64,000 nucleotides of DNA from an uncultured Spirochaetales bacterium. GTDB taxonomy: Bacteria > Myxococcota_A > UBA9160 > SMWR01. The stretch covers positions 1,053 to 65,052 of the forward strand of contig CAZBSV010000074.1 of NCBI GenBank assembly GCA_964494795.1, read 5' to 3'. Shown here piece by piece: positions 56,421-64,000 of this stretch. A model generated the notes under the pieces. It searched no databases. It was not told the origin of the DNA and worked only from the letters and a program-made list of their open reading frames with translations. Each line of letters begins with the position of its first letter. Position 1 is the stretch's first letter. Both the position numbers and the translations under genes were made by a program.

Positions 56421-56500
56421 TTGGCTGGACTCGGTTCACCCTGGTCAGCCTCGGATCGCCCTGGTCAGCCTCGGATCGCCCTGGTCAGCCTCGGATCACC
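56421..56500. repeat. 20-nt tandem repeat, 3 exact-phase copies plus 1 degenerate
   Basis: ctggtcagcctcggatcgcc at 56441, 56461 and 56481, preceded by a degenerate copy. It lies in the 209-nt spacer between the activator gene stop (which it overlaps) and the kinase gene start. Confidence 0.85.
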
Positions 56501-57920
56501 GTGGCTGGGTGCGAATCTTCGAGGCGATGTCGTGCTTGGCGAGTTTGCGGTAGAAGGTGCTGCGCCCAATTCCAAGCATATTCGCAGCCGCGCTGGCGTC
56601 CCCCGCGCATTCCGCCAGCGCGCGCTCGAGCGCGCATCTCTCGTAGGCGTCCAGGGAAATCGGTAGGCTCGTCGGAGCGAGCGCCGAAACGGCTCGCGTC
56701 GCGGGTCGATTGATCGCGAGATCCGAGACGCGCAGACGCGGCCCGCGCGCGAGCGCCATCGCCGACTCGATGATGTTCTCGAGCTCGCGAACGTTGCCCG
56801 GCCAATCGGATGCCATCAGAAGTTCGAGCGCTCTCTCTTCGATGCCCTCGACGCGCGAATTCTCATCTGCGTGCTTGCGGAGAAAATGCTGCACGAGCAG
56901 CGGAATGTCCTCGCGCCGCTCCCGAAGCGGAGGGATCACGATCCGAACCACGTTGAGTCGATAGAAGAGATCCGTTCGAAACCGACCTTCCTCCACCATC
57001 GTCGCCAGATCGCGATGGGTCGCCGAAATCACGCGAATGTCGACGGGGACCGCACTCGCCGCGCCCACGGGCCGAACCTCTTTCTGCTGCAGGGCTCGCA
57101 GCAACTTCGCCTGGACGGCGGGCGGGATCTCGCCGATCTCGTCGAGAAAAAGGGTCCCGCGGTTCGCGATCCGGAACAGGCCTGGCGCACCAACCGCACC
57201 GGTGAATGCACCCTTTTCATGCCCGAACAACTCGCTCTCGATGATGCTCTCCGGCAGCGCCCCGCAGTCGACGGGAACGAAGTCGCCTCCCGATCGCGGG
57301 CTCGCGGCGTGAATCCCGCAGGCCACCAACTCTTTGCCGGTTCCACTCTCCCCCTGCAGCAGAACATGACTCTCGTTGTGCCGGAGGCTGTGAATCTTGC
57401 TCGCAAGAGTACGCATCGCCGGCGAATTGCCGACGAGCGCCGGGATCGAGGCGCGCGCGCGCAGCTCCGTTTCGAGTTCCCGGTTGCGGCGGACCAACCT
57501 GCGCCGCTCGATCGCCTTGCGCACGGTCGTCTGGATCCGATGCACGTCATCGAACGGCTTTTCGAGATAGTCGAAGGCGCCTTTTCGGATGCAACCGACC
57601 GCGCTCTCGATACTGCCGTGACCGGTCATGACGATCACTTCGATTTCGGGGCGCGCGCTCTTGATCTGCTCGAGCAGTGCGAGCCCGCTGACCGGTCCGA
57701 GCAAAAGGTCCACCAGGGCGACGTCGAGGCGCGGATCGGAGAGATGCGGCGTCGCCTCGCTCACGGACTGCGCGAGCGCGGTTTCGTAGCCCGCGCGCTC
57801 GAGAACGCGCTTGAGCGACTGGAGCAACAGCGGCTCGTCGTCGACCAACAGAACGAAGCCCGAGGCTTCGGGCGCCGAGAAGCGGCGTGCGTCGGGCGAT
57901 TCCGCGCTCGCAGGTGTCAT
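56496..57920 (-). CDS. sigma-54-dependent NtrC-family response regulator
   Basis: REC (VALVDLLLG), [21 protein letters not shown], Fis HTH (AANMLGIGRSTFYRKL). ATG 57920 is preferred over TTG 58001. Confidence 0.85.
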   Translation of the reverse strand: MTPASAESPDARRFSAPEASGFVLLVDDEPLLLQSLKRVLERAGYETALAQSVSEATPHLSDPRLDVALVDLLLGPVSGLALLEQIKSARPEIEVIVMTGHGSIESAVGCIRKGAFDYLEKPFDDVHRIQTTVRKAIERRRLVRRNRELETELRARASIPALVGNSPAMRTLASKIHSLRHNESHVLLQGESGTGKELVACGIHAASPRSGGDFVPVDCGALPESIIESELFGHEKGAFTGAVGAPGLFRIANRGTLFLDEIGEIPPAVQAKLLRALQQKEVRPVGAASAVPVDIRVISATHRDLATMVEEGRFRTDLFYRLNVVRIVIPPLRERREDIPLLVQHFLRKHADENSRVEGIEERALELLMASDWPGNVRELENIIESAMALARGPRLRVSDLAINRPATRAVSALAPTSLPISLDAYERCALERALAECAGDASAAANMLGIGRSTFYRKLAKHDIASKIRTQPR

Positions 57921-57955
57921 GGAAGTCGTATCGGTCCCGAATTCGGGACGCTTGA

Positions 57956-59536
57956 ATGCCGAGGTCGGGGTCTCTAAGATACCCGGCGCCCCCTCCGCCA
58001 AGCGGAGTCAACCCACTGCGCAGCTCCAACATTCTCGTCGTCGATGACGAGGAACTCTATCGGCGAGCCCTCGAGCGCATTCTCGTCCGCGCCGGGCACC
58101 AGGTTGCCACCGCGCGAGACGCGATGGCGGCGCTCAGCCTCGTCTCGAGTCAGCCGACCGACCTCGTCCTGGCCGATATCCGGATGCCGGGCATCAACGG
58201 CCTCGAATTGGTGCGACAGATCCACGAGATTGCGCCGGATCTGCCCTGCATCGTCATCACCGGGCATGGCAGCCCCGAAAGCTCGGTGGAGGCGCTGAAG
58301 GCCGGAGCCTACTGGTACCTCGAAAAGCCCTTCGACCAGGGGCATCTCGATGTCGTTCGCAGGCTCGTCGAGCAGGCCATCGAGCACGGCCGACTCAAGT
58401 CTGAGAATCGAATGCTCCAGGGTCAGCTGCGTTCGCGGTATCGATTCGAGAACATCATCGGCACCAGCGCCGCGCTGCGCGGCGTGCTCGAAACCGTTTC
58501 GAAAGTGGCCGCTTCGGACAGCACCGTCCTCATCACGGGTGAGAGCGGAACCGGCAAGGAACTCGTCGCGCGCGCGATCCACTTCAACAACAAGCGGGCG
58601 GACAAGATGTTCGTAACCGTCAATTGCGGGGCGATCCCGGAAGAACTTCTCGAGTCCGAACTGTTCGGCCACGTTCGCGGCGCCTTCACGAACGCGGTCG
58701 CCAACCGCGAAGGCCGATTCTCCGTCGCCCACGAGGGAACGATCTTCCTCGACGAAATCGGCGACATGAGCCCCACCTTGCAGGTGAAGTTGTTGCGCGT
58801 ACTGCAGGATCGGACGTTCGAGCCCGTCGGTTCATCGAAGACCCAAAGCGTCGACGTGCGCGTGATCGCCGCCACCAACCAGAATCTCGACGAAGCGATC
58901 GCGCAGCGCCGCTTCCGCGAGGATCTCTACTATCGACTCAACGTGATTCCGATCGTGGTTCCTCCGCTGCGAGATCGCCGCGACGACATCCCGCTGCTCG
59001 CGCAGCACTTCTTGAACCTCGCCAACGAGGGCCGAGGCGAGCGGGCCGTGGAATTCTCCGACGAAGTCATCGCGCGATTGGCAGAATTCGACTGGCCCGG
59101 AAACGTGCGTGAACTCGAAAACCTCGTGGAGCGCATGGTCACGCTCTGCTCGGGCCGTGAAATCGTCGCGAGTGACCTTCCGAAGTCGCTGCAGAAGAGC
59201 GCTCCGCCGCGCCCGTCGGCGCCGCAGATCCCACCCCAAGGCTTGAGCTTTCGGGACGTCGTGGACCAGTTCGAATCGGACCTGATTCGCCAGGCACTCG
59301 AAATCACCCACGGCAACAAGAACCGCGCCGCGCAGCTGATCCAGATGAATCGCACCACGATGCTCGAGAAGATGAAGAAGAAAGGCGTCAAGTTCGATGC
59401 GGGGTCGAGCGATTCAACACGAGTGGACGGAACGCTTCGCGCCGAGGCTGCCGATCCGCGCGAAGTCGACGGGTTCGCAAACACGACCGCTGGCAGCGAA
59501 GCCGGCGACTCGCCAAACCCGCGGCGCACGCACTGA
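57956..59536 (+). CDS. sigma-54-dependent NtrC-family response regulator with variant GAFTNA loop
   Basis: REC (LVLADIRMPGING), [21 protein letters not shown], Fis HTH (GNKNRAAQLIQMNRTTMLEKMKK). Divergent from the previous activator with only a 35-nt spacer. Confidence 0.85.
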   Translation: MPRSGSLRYPAPPPPSGVNPLRSSNILVVDDEELYRRALERILVRAGHQVATARDAMAALSLVSSQPTDLVLADIRMPGINGLELVRQIHEIAPDLPCIVITGHGSPESSVEALKAGAYWYLEKPFDQGHLDVVRRLVEQAIEHGRLKSENRMLQGQLRSRYRFENIIGTSAALRGVLETVSKVAASDSTVLITGESGTGKELVARAIHFNNKRADKMFVTVNCGAIPEELLESELFGHVRGAFTNAVANREGRFSVAHEGTIFLDEIGDMSPTLQVKLLRVLQDRTFEPVGSSKTQSVDVRVIAATNQNLDEAIAQRRFREDLYYRLNVIPIVVPPLRDRRDDIPLLAQHFLNLANEGRGERAVEFSDEVIARLAEFDWPGNVRELENLVERMVTLCSGREIVASDLPKSLQKSAPPRPSAPQIPPQGLSFRDVVDQFESDLIRQALEITHGNKNRAAQLIQMNRTTMLEKMKKKGVKFDAGSSDSTRVDGTLRAEAADPREVDGFANTTAGSEAGDSPNPRRTH

Positions 59537-59683
59537 CGCTGCAGCGCGGGTTCGCTCGGCAGCGGCAAGACGCTGACGGTTCCGTAACCGTTCTGCGCCC
59601 CGAGCGTCGAAACGCTGACGATGTTGCGCGGCTGTGATTCCTGCAGCCGCCGCCGGCGGCAGCTGATCCGCTGAGCAAATTCT

Positions 59684-59707
59684 CTCTCGAGATCTCCCTC
59701 GAGATCT
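59684..59707 (+). promoter_or_regulatory. tandem 12-nt direct repeat with embedded palindromes (possible activator binding site)
   Basis: ctctcgagatct ccctcgagatct, followed by an A-tract. It is about 100 nt upstream of the sigma-54 promoter motif. Its function is inferred from position only. Confidence 0.35.
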
Positions 59708-59808
59708 AAAAAAGCCAAGTGAAATCAATAGCCTAGGCGCTCTCGCCTCGACCCTCTTGCCGGGCGCATGCGCATTTCGAGGCGGCCGGCGTTGGGGTCT
59801 CGGGACGA

Positions 59809-59826
59809 TTGGCACAGCGCGTGCTT
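59809..59826 (+). promoter_or_regulatory. sigma-54 (-24/-12) promoter motif
   Basis: TTGGCACAGCGCGTGCTT has GG and GC separated by exactly 10 nt, with one mismatch to TGGCAC-N5-TTGC. It lies about 90 nt upstream of the FliA-family sigma gene. Confidence 0.6.
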
Positions 59827-59914
59827 CTTCACGCAAACGGCGGCACGCGGCGCTTCGATCGCCCGATTGCCCTGAGATCAACCCGGTTGCGTTCAGCCTA
59901 GGAGAAAACCCGCC

Positions 59915-60679
59915 ATGGAAGGTCTGCTCAGAGAAGCGAAGGAACAGCATTCCGAGGTCCCCCCGCTGCTCAAAGAGCAGATCGTGCTCGAGCACACGCC
60001 GCTGATTCGTTACATCGTGAATCGAATCGCCGTGCGCCTACCCTCTCATATCGATCTCGACGATCTGCACAACACCGGTGTGATCGGCCTGATGGACGCG
60101 ATCGACAAGTACGACCCCGACAAGAACTGCAAATTCAAGACCTACGCGGAATTTCGCATCAAGGGCGCGATTCTGGATCAACTTCGCTCGCTCGACTGGG
60201 TGCCGCGCAGCGTTCGCCAGAAGAGCCGACGACTCGAGCGAGCGTACGGCGAAGTCGAGCAACGACTGGGACGCACCGCGAGCGAAGACGAGGTCGCAGA
60301 TTCGCTCGGAATCCAGATCGACAAATTCTACGAACTCATCAACCAGGTGCGCGGTATATCCCTGGTGAATCTCGAAGAAATCCGCGGAACCAACTCGGAC
60401 GGCGATCGCACGGGAACCTATTCCGACATCGTCGAAGACGTGAATTCGGAGAATCCGTTCGCCTCACTCAAGGTTGCCGAAAGCAAGCAGGTGATCGCGG
60501 ACATGATCGGAACACTCCCCGAAAAGGAACGCCTGGTCATCTCGCTGTACTACTACGAAGACCTCAACATGAAGGAAATCGGGTCGATTCTCGGAATCAC
60601 CGAGTCGAGGGTCTGCCAGATTCACACCAAATCCGTCTTGCGCCTGCGGTCGAAGCTCAAGGGAATGTTGGACCGATAG
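59915..60679 (+). CDS. fliA: FliA/WhiG-family (sigma-28 type) RNA polymerase sigma factor
   Basis: Region 2 (DDLHNTGVIGLMDAIDKYDP...FKTYAEFRIKGAILDQLR), region 3, and region 4.2 (LNMKEIGSILGITESRVCQIHTKSVLRLR). AGGAGA RBS. Confidence 0.85.
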   Translation: MEGLLREAKEQHSEVPPLLKEQIVLEHTPLIRYIVNRIAVRLPSHIDLDDLHNTGVIGLMDAIDKYDPDKNCKFKTYAEFRIKGAILDQLRSLDWVPRSVRQKSRRLERAYGEVEQRLGRTASEDEVADSLGIQIDKFYELINQVRGISLVNLEEIRGTNSDGDRTGTYSDIVEDVNSENPFASLKVAESKQVIADMIGTLPEKERLVISLYYYEDLNMKEIGSILGITESRVCQIHTKSVLRLRSKLKGMLDR

Positions 60680-60716
60680 ACGGATCGTCGCGCGAGCGGG
60701 TGTTCGCCCGAGAGCT

Positions 60717-61451
60717 TCAGTCGGACTCTTTCTCGTTTCGAACGAGAATCAGCGTGATGTTGTCTTCGCCCCCGCGCTCGTTTGCGAGATCGACGAGTTG
60801 CGCGCAGACCGCATCGAGGTCGGAGTCCGAGTTGGCCGCCTCCGCGATCTCATGGTCGTGAACGAGCCCCGTCAACCCGTCGGAACAGAGCACGAAGAGA
60901 TCCCCCGGAGAGGATGTCAGCTCCGCGAGGTCGGGAGCGACCTCGCGGCGCACGCCGATCGCACGCGTCAGCACGTGCCGATGCGGGTGCTCGCGCGCCG
61001 CCGATGCCGAGATCTCGCGCCGCCGCACGAGTTCGCCGACCACCGAGTGGTCGTCCGTGAGTTGCCGGATGCGCCCCCCGCGGATCAGGTAGCCGCGGCT
61101 ATCTCCAACGTGCGCGAGTGCAATCCGCCCGTCCGCGGCAAGCAGGGATACCAGGGTCGTCCCCATGCCGGCGAATTCGGCCTTCGTTTGGGCGGCGACG
61201 TAGATCTCGCGGTTCGCCGCTGCGACCGTGCAGCGCAATTTCTCGGTGAGCGTGGCCGAAGAGCCTTCGAGCGCTTCGAGCGCGCCGACCGCCGCTTCGG
61301 CCGCGAGCCGGCTCGCGAGCTGGCCGGCCTTGTGGCCCCCCATGCCATCGGCGACGACGAAATATCCGAGTTCCGCGGCGATCGCGTAGCAGTCCTCGTT
61401 GGCGCGCCGGCGGCGGCCAACATCGGTACGGGCGGCGGATCGGAGGATCAT
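60717..61451 (-). CDS. PP2C-family Ser/Thr protein phosphatase
   Basis: TDVGRRRRANEDCY, VADGMGGHKAG, GTTLV, HVGDSRGY, LCSDGL, GGEDNITL. Confidence 0.85.
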   Translation of the reverse strand: MILRSAARTDVGRRRRANEDCYAIAAELGYFVVADGMGGHKAGQLASRLAAEAAVGALEALEGSSATLTEKLRCTVAAANREIYVAAQTKAEFAGMGTTLVSLLAADGRIALAHVGDSRGYLIRGGRIRQLTDDHSVVGELVRRREISASAAREHPHRHVLTRAIGVRREVAPDLAELTSSPGDLFVLCSDGLTGLVHDHEIAEAANSDSDLDAVCAQLVDLANERGGEDNITLILVRNEKESD

Positions 61452-61698
61452 GCTCGCTGAGGGCCCCTCGCAGGATTTCACGGCTCCGCCGGTCGACCGA
61501 AGCTGCCGGAGGCGGAATACTCTCCCCCGGGTTCATCGGAAGGAGGCGAGACCGGCTTGACCCGCAGCCGGCTGAACGCAGCGCGACACGAGCAAAAAAC
61601 CATTCAATTTCAGGGAATCCGCCGTCGATACTACATCTCGAGGATGACTTGCCCGAGCAACGCCGTCCTGCGCCGCGAGCGCACCCTTGGGGGGGACC

Positions 61699-63210
61699 AT
61701 GCCGAAGACGATTTTATTGGCCGACGACAGCGTCACGATCCAGAAAGTCGTAGGCATAAGCTTTGCCAGCGAGGATGCGATCGTCGTGACCGTCGACAAC
61801 GGTGACGATGCGATCACCAAGACTCGCGAAATCCGTCCCGACATCGTCCTCGCAGACGTCGTGATGCCCGGCAAAAACGGCTACGAGGTCTGCCAAGCGA
61901 TCACAAACGACCCGGATCTCGCGCACATTCCGGTGCTGCTGTTGACCGGAACCTTCGAGGCCTTCGACGAAGCACGCGCGCGCGAGGTGGGTTCGGCGGG
62001 CCACATCGCAAAACCCTTCGAAGCGTCAGCCCTGGTCGCCGAGGTTCGGCGTTTGACGGACTCGGCGTCCGCCAAAGCGTCCGCCAAAGCGTCCGCCAAG
62101 GCGCCCGCCAAGGCGCCCGCTTCGCCGCAAACCGCGCCCACAAGGCCGGCCGCCCAGCAAGCTGTCGCGGTCGATGCATTCGACTTTTTCGACGACGAAA
62201 TCGGAGGGGCCGAGATTCCGCCCGCCGAACTCGCCGACGAAATGCTGGGCGACTTCAAATTCCAGGGCAGCGAGAGCGCAATCGCATTCGACGCTGACGT
62301 CCGCGGCGAATCTGCGGACTCGCGCGAGCGATTCGTGCCCATCACGCCCGATGTGGCCCGTGCGGTCGAGGCCGTCGAAGTCCGCCGCGTGTCCTCCTAT
62401 GCCGACGCCGCCGAGACCAGCGCTCCGTTCGCGACGTCGCGCGCAAGCGCGGCGGCGCCGGTATTCGACGACAGCCTCGACGATTCACTGTCTCCCGATG
62501 CGAGCCGCAGTGGCGATCGACCGTTCGACTTCGCACTCGCCGGCGAAATCGCGGATGCGACGGATCCGCTCGCCGAATTCGACCTGATGCCGCCCGTGGA
62601 CGCAGACGACCTCGCGCATGCCACAGTGATCGACCCACTCGGCGCTTCCGGCTACGACGTGTCGTCCTCGGACCTCGGACCGCCAATGCGCGACACCGCA
62701 CCGGATCTCGTGAGCGTCGCGCGCGCCCGCCAGCACGAGGCCGAGTTGACCGTGTTGGCAGCCGACGTCCCGCTCGAAGCGGAACCGATCTTCGACGACG
62801 ACTCATTCGGATTCGGGTCACCCGCGAACGACCTCACCCGCGTCGTGCGCGAAGATCCCGTGTACGCGAACTTTGCGACCCCGCGGCCGCCCGACGTCGC
62901 GGTCGAAGAGGACGAGCCCGAGAGCTGGCCTTCCCGGCGCCGCAGCGTGACCGCGCAAACTCCGCGCGCCGACCGCAAGGCAGACTCCGCGGCTGCGCTG
63001 ATCGCGAAGATCGGACCCGAATTGCGTCAGCAACTCCACGACACGCTCGAGAAGATCGCCTGGGAGTCGTTCGGCGACCTCACCGAAGCGATCGTCCGGC
63101 AGTCGGTGGAGCGCGTCGAATCGATCGCCTGGGAGGTCATCCCGCGGATGGCCGAAACCCTGATCGAGGAAGAAATCCGCAGAATGAAGAACGAGCCCGA
63201 AGACGCGTGA
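61699..63210 (+). CDS. response regulator with receiver domain, about 330 aa of acidic/Ala-Pro-rich linker and a conserved-looking C-terminal helical domain (RomR-like architecture)
   Basis: REC (ILLADDS, IVLADVVMPGKNG, LLTG, IAKPF). Low-complexity middle. C-terminus LHDTLEKIAWESFGDLTEAIVRQSVERVESIAWEVIPRMAETLIEEEIRRMK. ATG 61699 after a G-run RBS. Confidence 0.75.
   Translation: MPKTILLADDSVTIQKVVGISFASEDAIVVTVDNGDDAITKTREIRPDIVLADVVMPGKNGYEVCQAITNDPDLAHIPVLLLTGTFEAFDEARAREVGSAGHIAKPFEASALVAEVRRLTDSASAKASAKASAKAPAKAPASPQTAPTRPAAQQAVAVDAFDFFDDEIGGAEIPPAELADEMLGDFKFQGSESAIAFDADVRGESADSRERFVPITPDVARAVEAVEVRRVSSYADAAETSAPFATSRASAAAPVFDDSLDDSLSPDASRSGDRPFDFALAGEIADATDPLAEFDLMPPVDADDLAHATVIDPLGASGYDVSSSDLGPPMRDTAPDLVSVARARQHEAELTVLAADVPLEAEPIFDDDSFGFGSPANDLTRVVREDPVYANFATPRPPDVAVEEDEPESWPSRRRSVTAQTPRADRKADSAAALIAKIGPELRQQLHDTLEKIAWESFGDLTEAIVRQSVERVESIAWEVIPRMAETLIEEEIRRMKNEPEDA
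62065..62120 (+). repeat. 12-nt tandem repeat, about 4.5 copies, in-frame (SAKA/PAKA)
   Basis: gcgtccgccaaa x3 then gcgcccgccaag x1-2. They encode SAKASAKASAKAPAKAPA just after the receiver domain. Confidence 0.85.
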
Positions 63211-63382
63211 GCCGCGCGGCTGCGGGCTCGGCGCGAGCCGCAGCGCCAATGCGATCGATCGGCCCAGCCGCGTTCGCTTCGGCTATCCTGGGCGCTCCCC
63301 CCGCTCGACCCACGGGGCGACCATCGGCGCGCGCTGCACGGGCAGCCGCTCCACGGCGATCGATGGGGTCGAGGGAGTTCGC

Positions 63383-64000
63383 ATGGGTGGTCCGGCGGCC
63401 CTTCCTCCGCATTTCACGCCCCTACCTCCGCGGGTCACGCCGCTTCCTCCGCGGGTCACGCCGCTTCCTCCGGGCTGGACCTGGCTTCCGCTCGTCGAGT
63501 TAGCGCTCAGCGAAGACATCGGCGCTGGTGACGCGACGACACCGCTGATCGTCGAAGCCGGCCGCGAGGGCTCCGCGGTCATCGAGGCGCGCCAACCCCT
63601 CGTCGTCTGCGGTCTCGAAATCGCGTTTGAGGTGTTTCGCAAGCTCGATCCCGCGATCGAGCTCCGAGCCCGCTTCCGCGACGCAGAGCGGGCCGAATCC
63701 GGAGACATCCTCGCGACCGTCCAGGGCGACCTGCGCGGAATTCTCGCCGCCGAGCGAACCGCGCTGAATTTCCTGATGCGAATGTGCGGTGTCGCGACTT
63801 TTACGCGCCGCTTTGTCGACGCCGTTTCTGGAACAGGCGCGCGCATCGTCGACACCCGCAAGACCCTGCCGGGCTGGCGCAGCCTCGACAAATACGCGAC
63901 ACACATCGGCGGCGCGACGAATCACCGCGTAGGGCTCTACGACGGCATTCTGCTCAAAGACAATCACGTCGCGATCGCGGGCGGCGTCGGCCTCGCAGTC
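63383..64000 (+). CDS. nadC: nicotinate-nucleotide pyrophosphorylase (quinolinate phosphoribosyltransferase), 5' partial at window end
   Basis: This frame is not in the supplied ORF track and is open to position 64000. ATG 63383 with GAGGGAG RBS. ALSEDIGAGDATT, ERTALNFLMRMCGVAT, DTRKTLPGWR, GGATNHRVGLYDGILLKDNH. Confidence 0.8.
   Translation, partial: MGGPAALPPHFTPLPPRVTPLPPRVTPLPPGWTWLPLVELALSEDIGAGDATTPLIVEAGREGSAVIEARQPLVVCGLEIAFEVFRKLDPAIELRARFRDAERAESGDILATVQGDLRGILAAERTALNFLMRMCGVATFTRRFVDAVSGTGARIVDTRKTLPGWRSLDKYATHIGGATNHRVGLYDGILLKDNHVAIAGGVGLAV
63401..63490 (+). repeat. 21-nt tandem repeat, about 4 copies, in-frame at the nadC 5' end (heptapeptide LPPxxTx)
   Basis: cttcctccgcatttcacgccc / ctacctccgcgggtcacgccg / cttcctccgcgggtcacgccg / cttcctccgggctggacctgg. 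They encode LPPHFTP LPPRVTP LPPRVTP LPPGWTW. Confidence 0.85.

Overview
High-GC (roughly 65%) bacterial chromosomal segment with dense, mostly minus-strand operons. Gene content and synteny resemble Myxococcota or related deltaproteobacteria. The core is a type IVa pilus cluster, pilB-pilT-pilC-pilS-pilR ... pilM-N-O-P-Q (14.5-29.7 kb). It is followed on the same strand by aroK-aroB, a TPR/Roadblock pair, aroQ, a 1213-aa TPR protein and an ExeA-like ATPase. No pilin, prepilin peptidase or pilGHI genes are present. Other blocks:
- A tRNA-Gly(CCC) locus with an att-like duplicate of the tRNA 3' end and decayed IS fragments.
- rsmD-coaD-coaBC-nfeD-stomatin-hflK-hflC.
- Cell-wall genes (SLT, dacB, amgK/murU-like, anmK).
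- A glycosyltransferase/methyltransferase cassette.
- Four sigma-54-type activators, one lacking GAFTGA.
- A sigma-54 promoter in front of a FliA-family sigma gene.
- A PP2C phosphatase, a long-linker response regulator and the 5' part of nadC.

Unusual points:
- A membrane/coiled-coil protein ending in a RelE/HigB-like domain.
- A 60-nt double-hairpin element present twice in opposite orientations.
- Many unrelated short tandem arrays of 11-27 nt, several in-frame inside PilQ, CoaBC, NadC and the TPR protein.

All calls rest on reading the translations and sequence by eye. No database search was run. Long antisense ORFs typical of GC-rich DNA were discarded.
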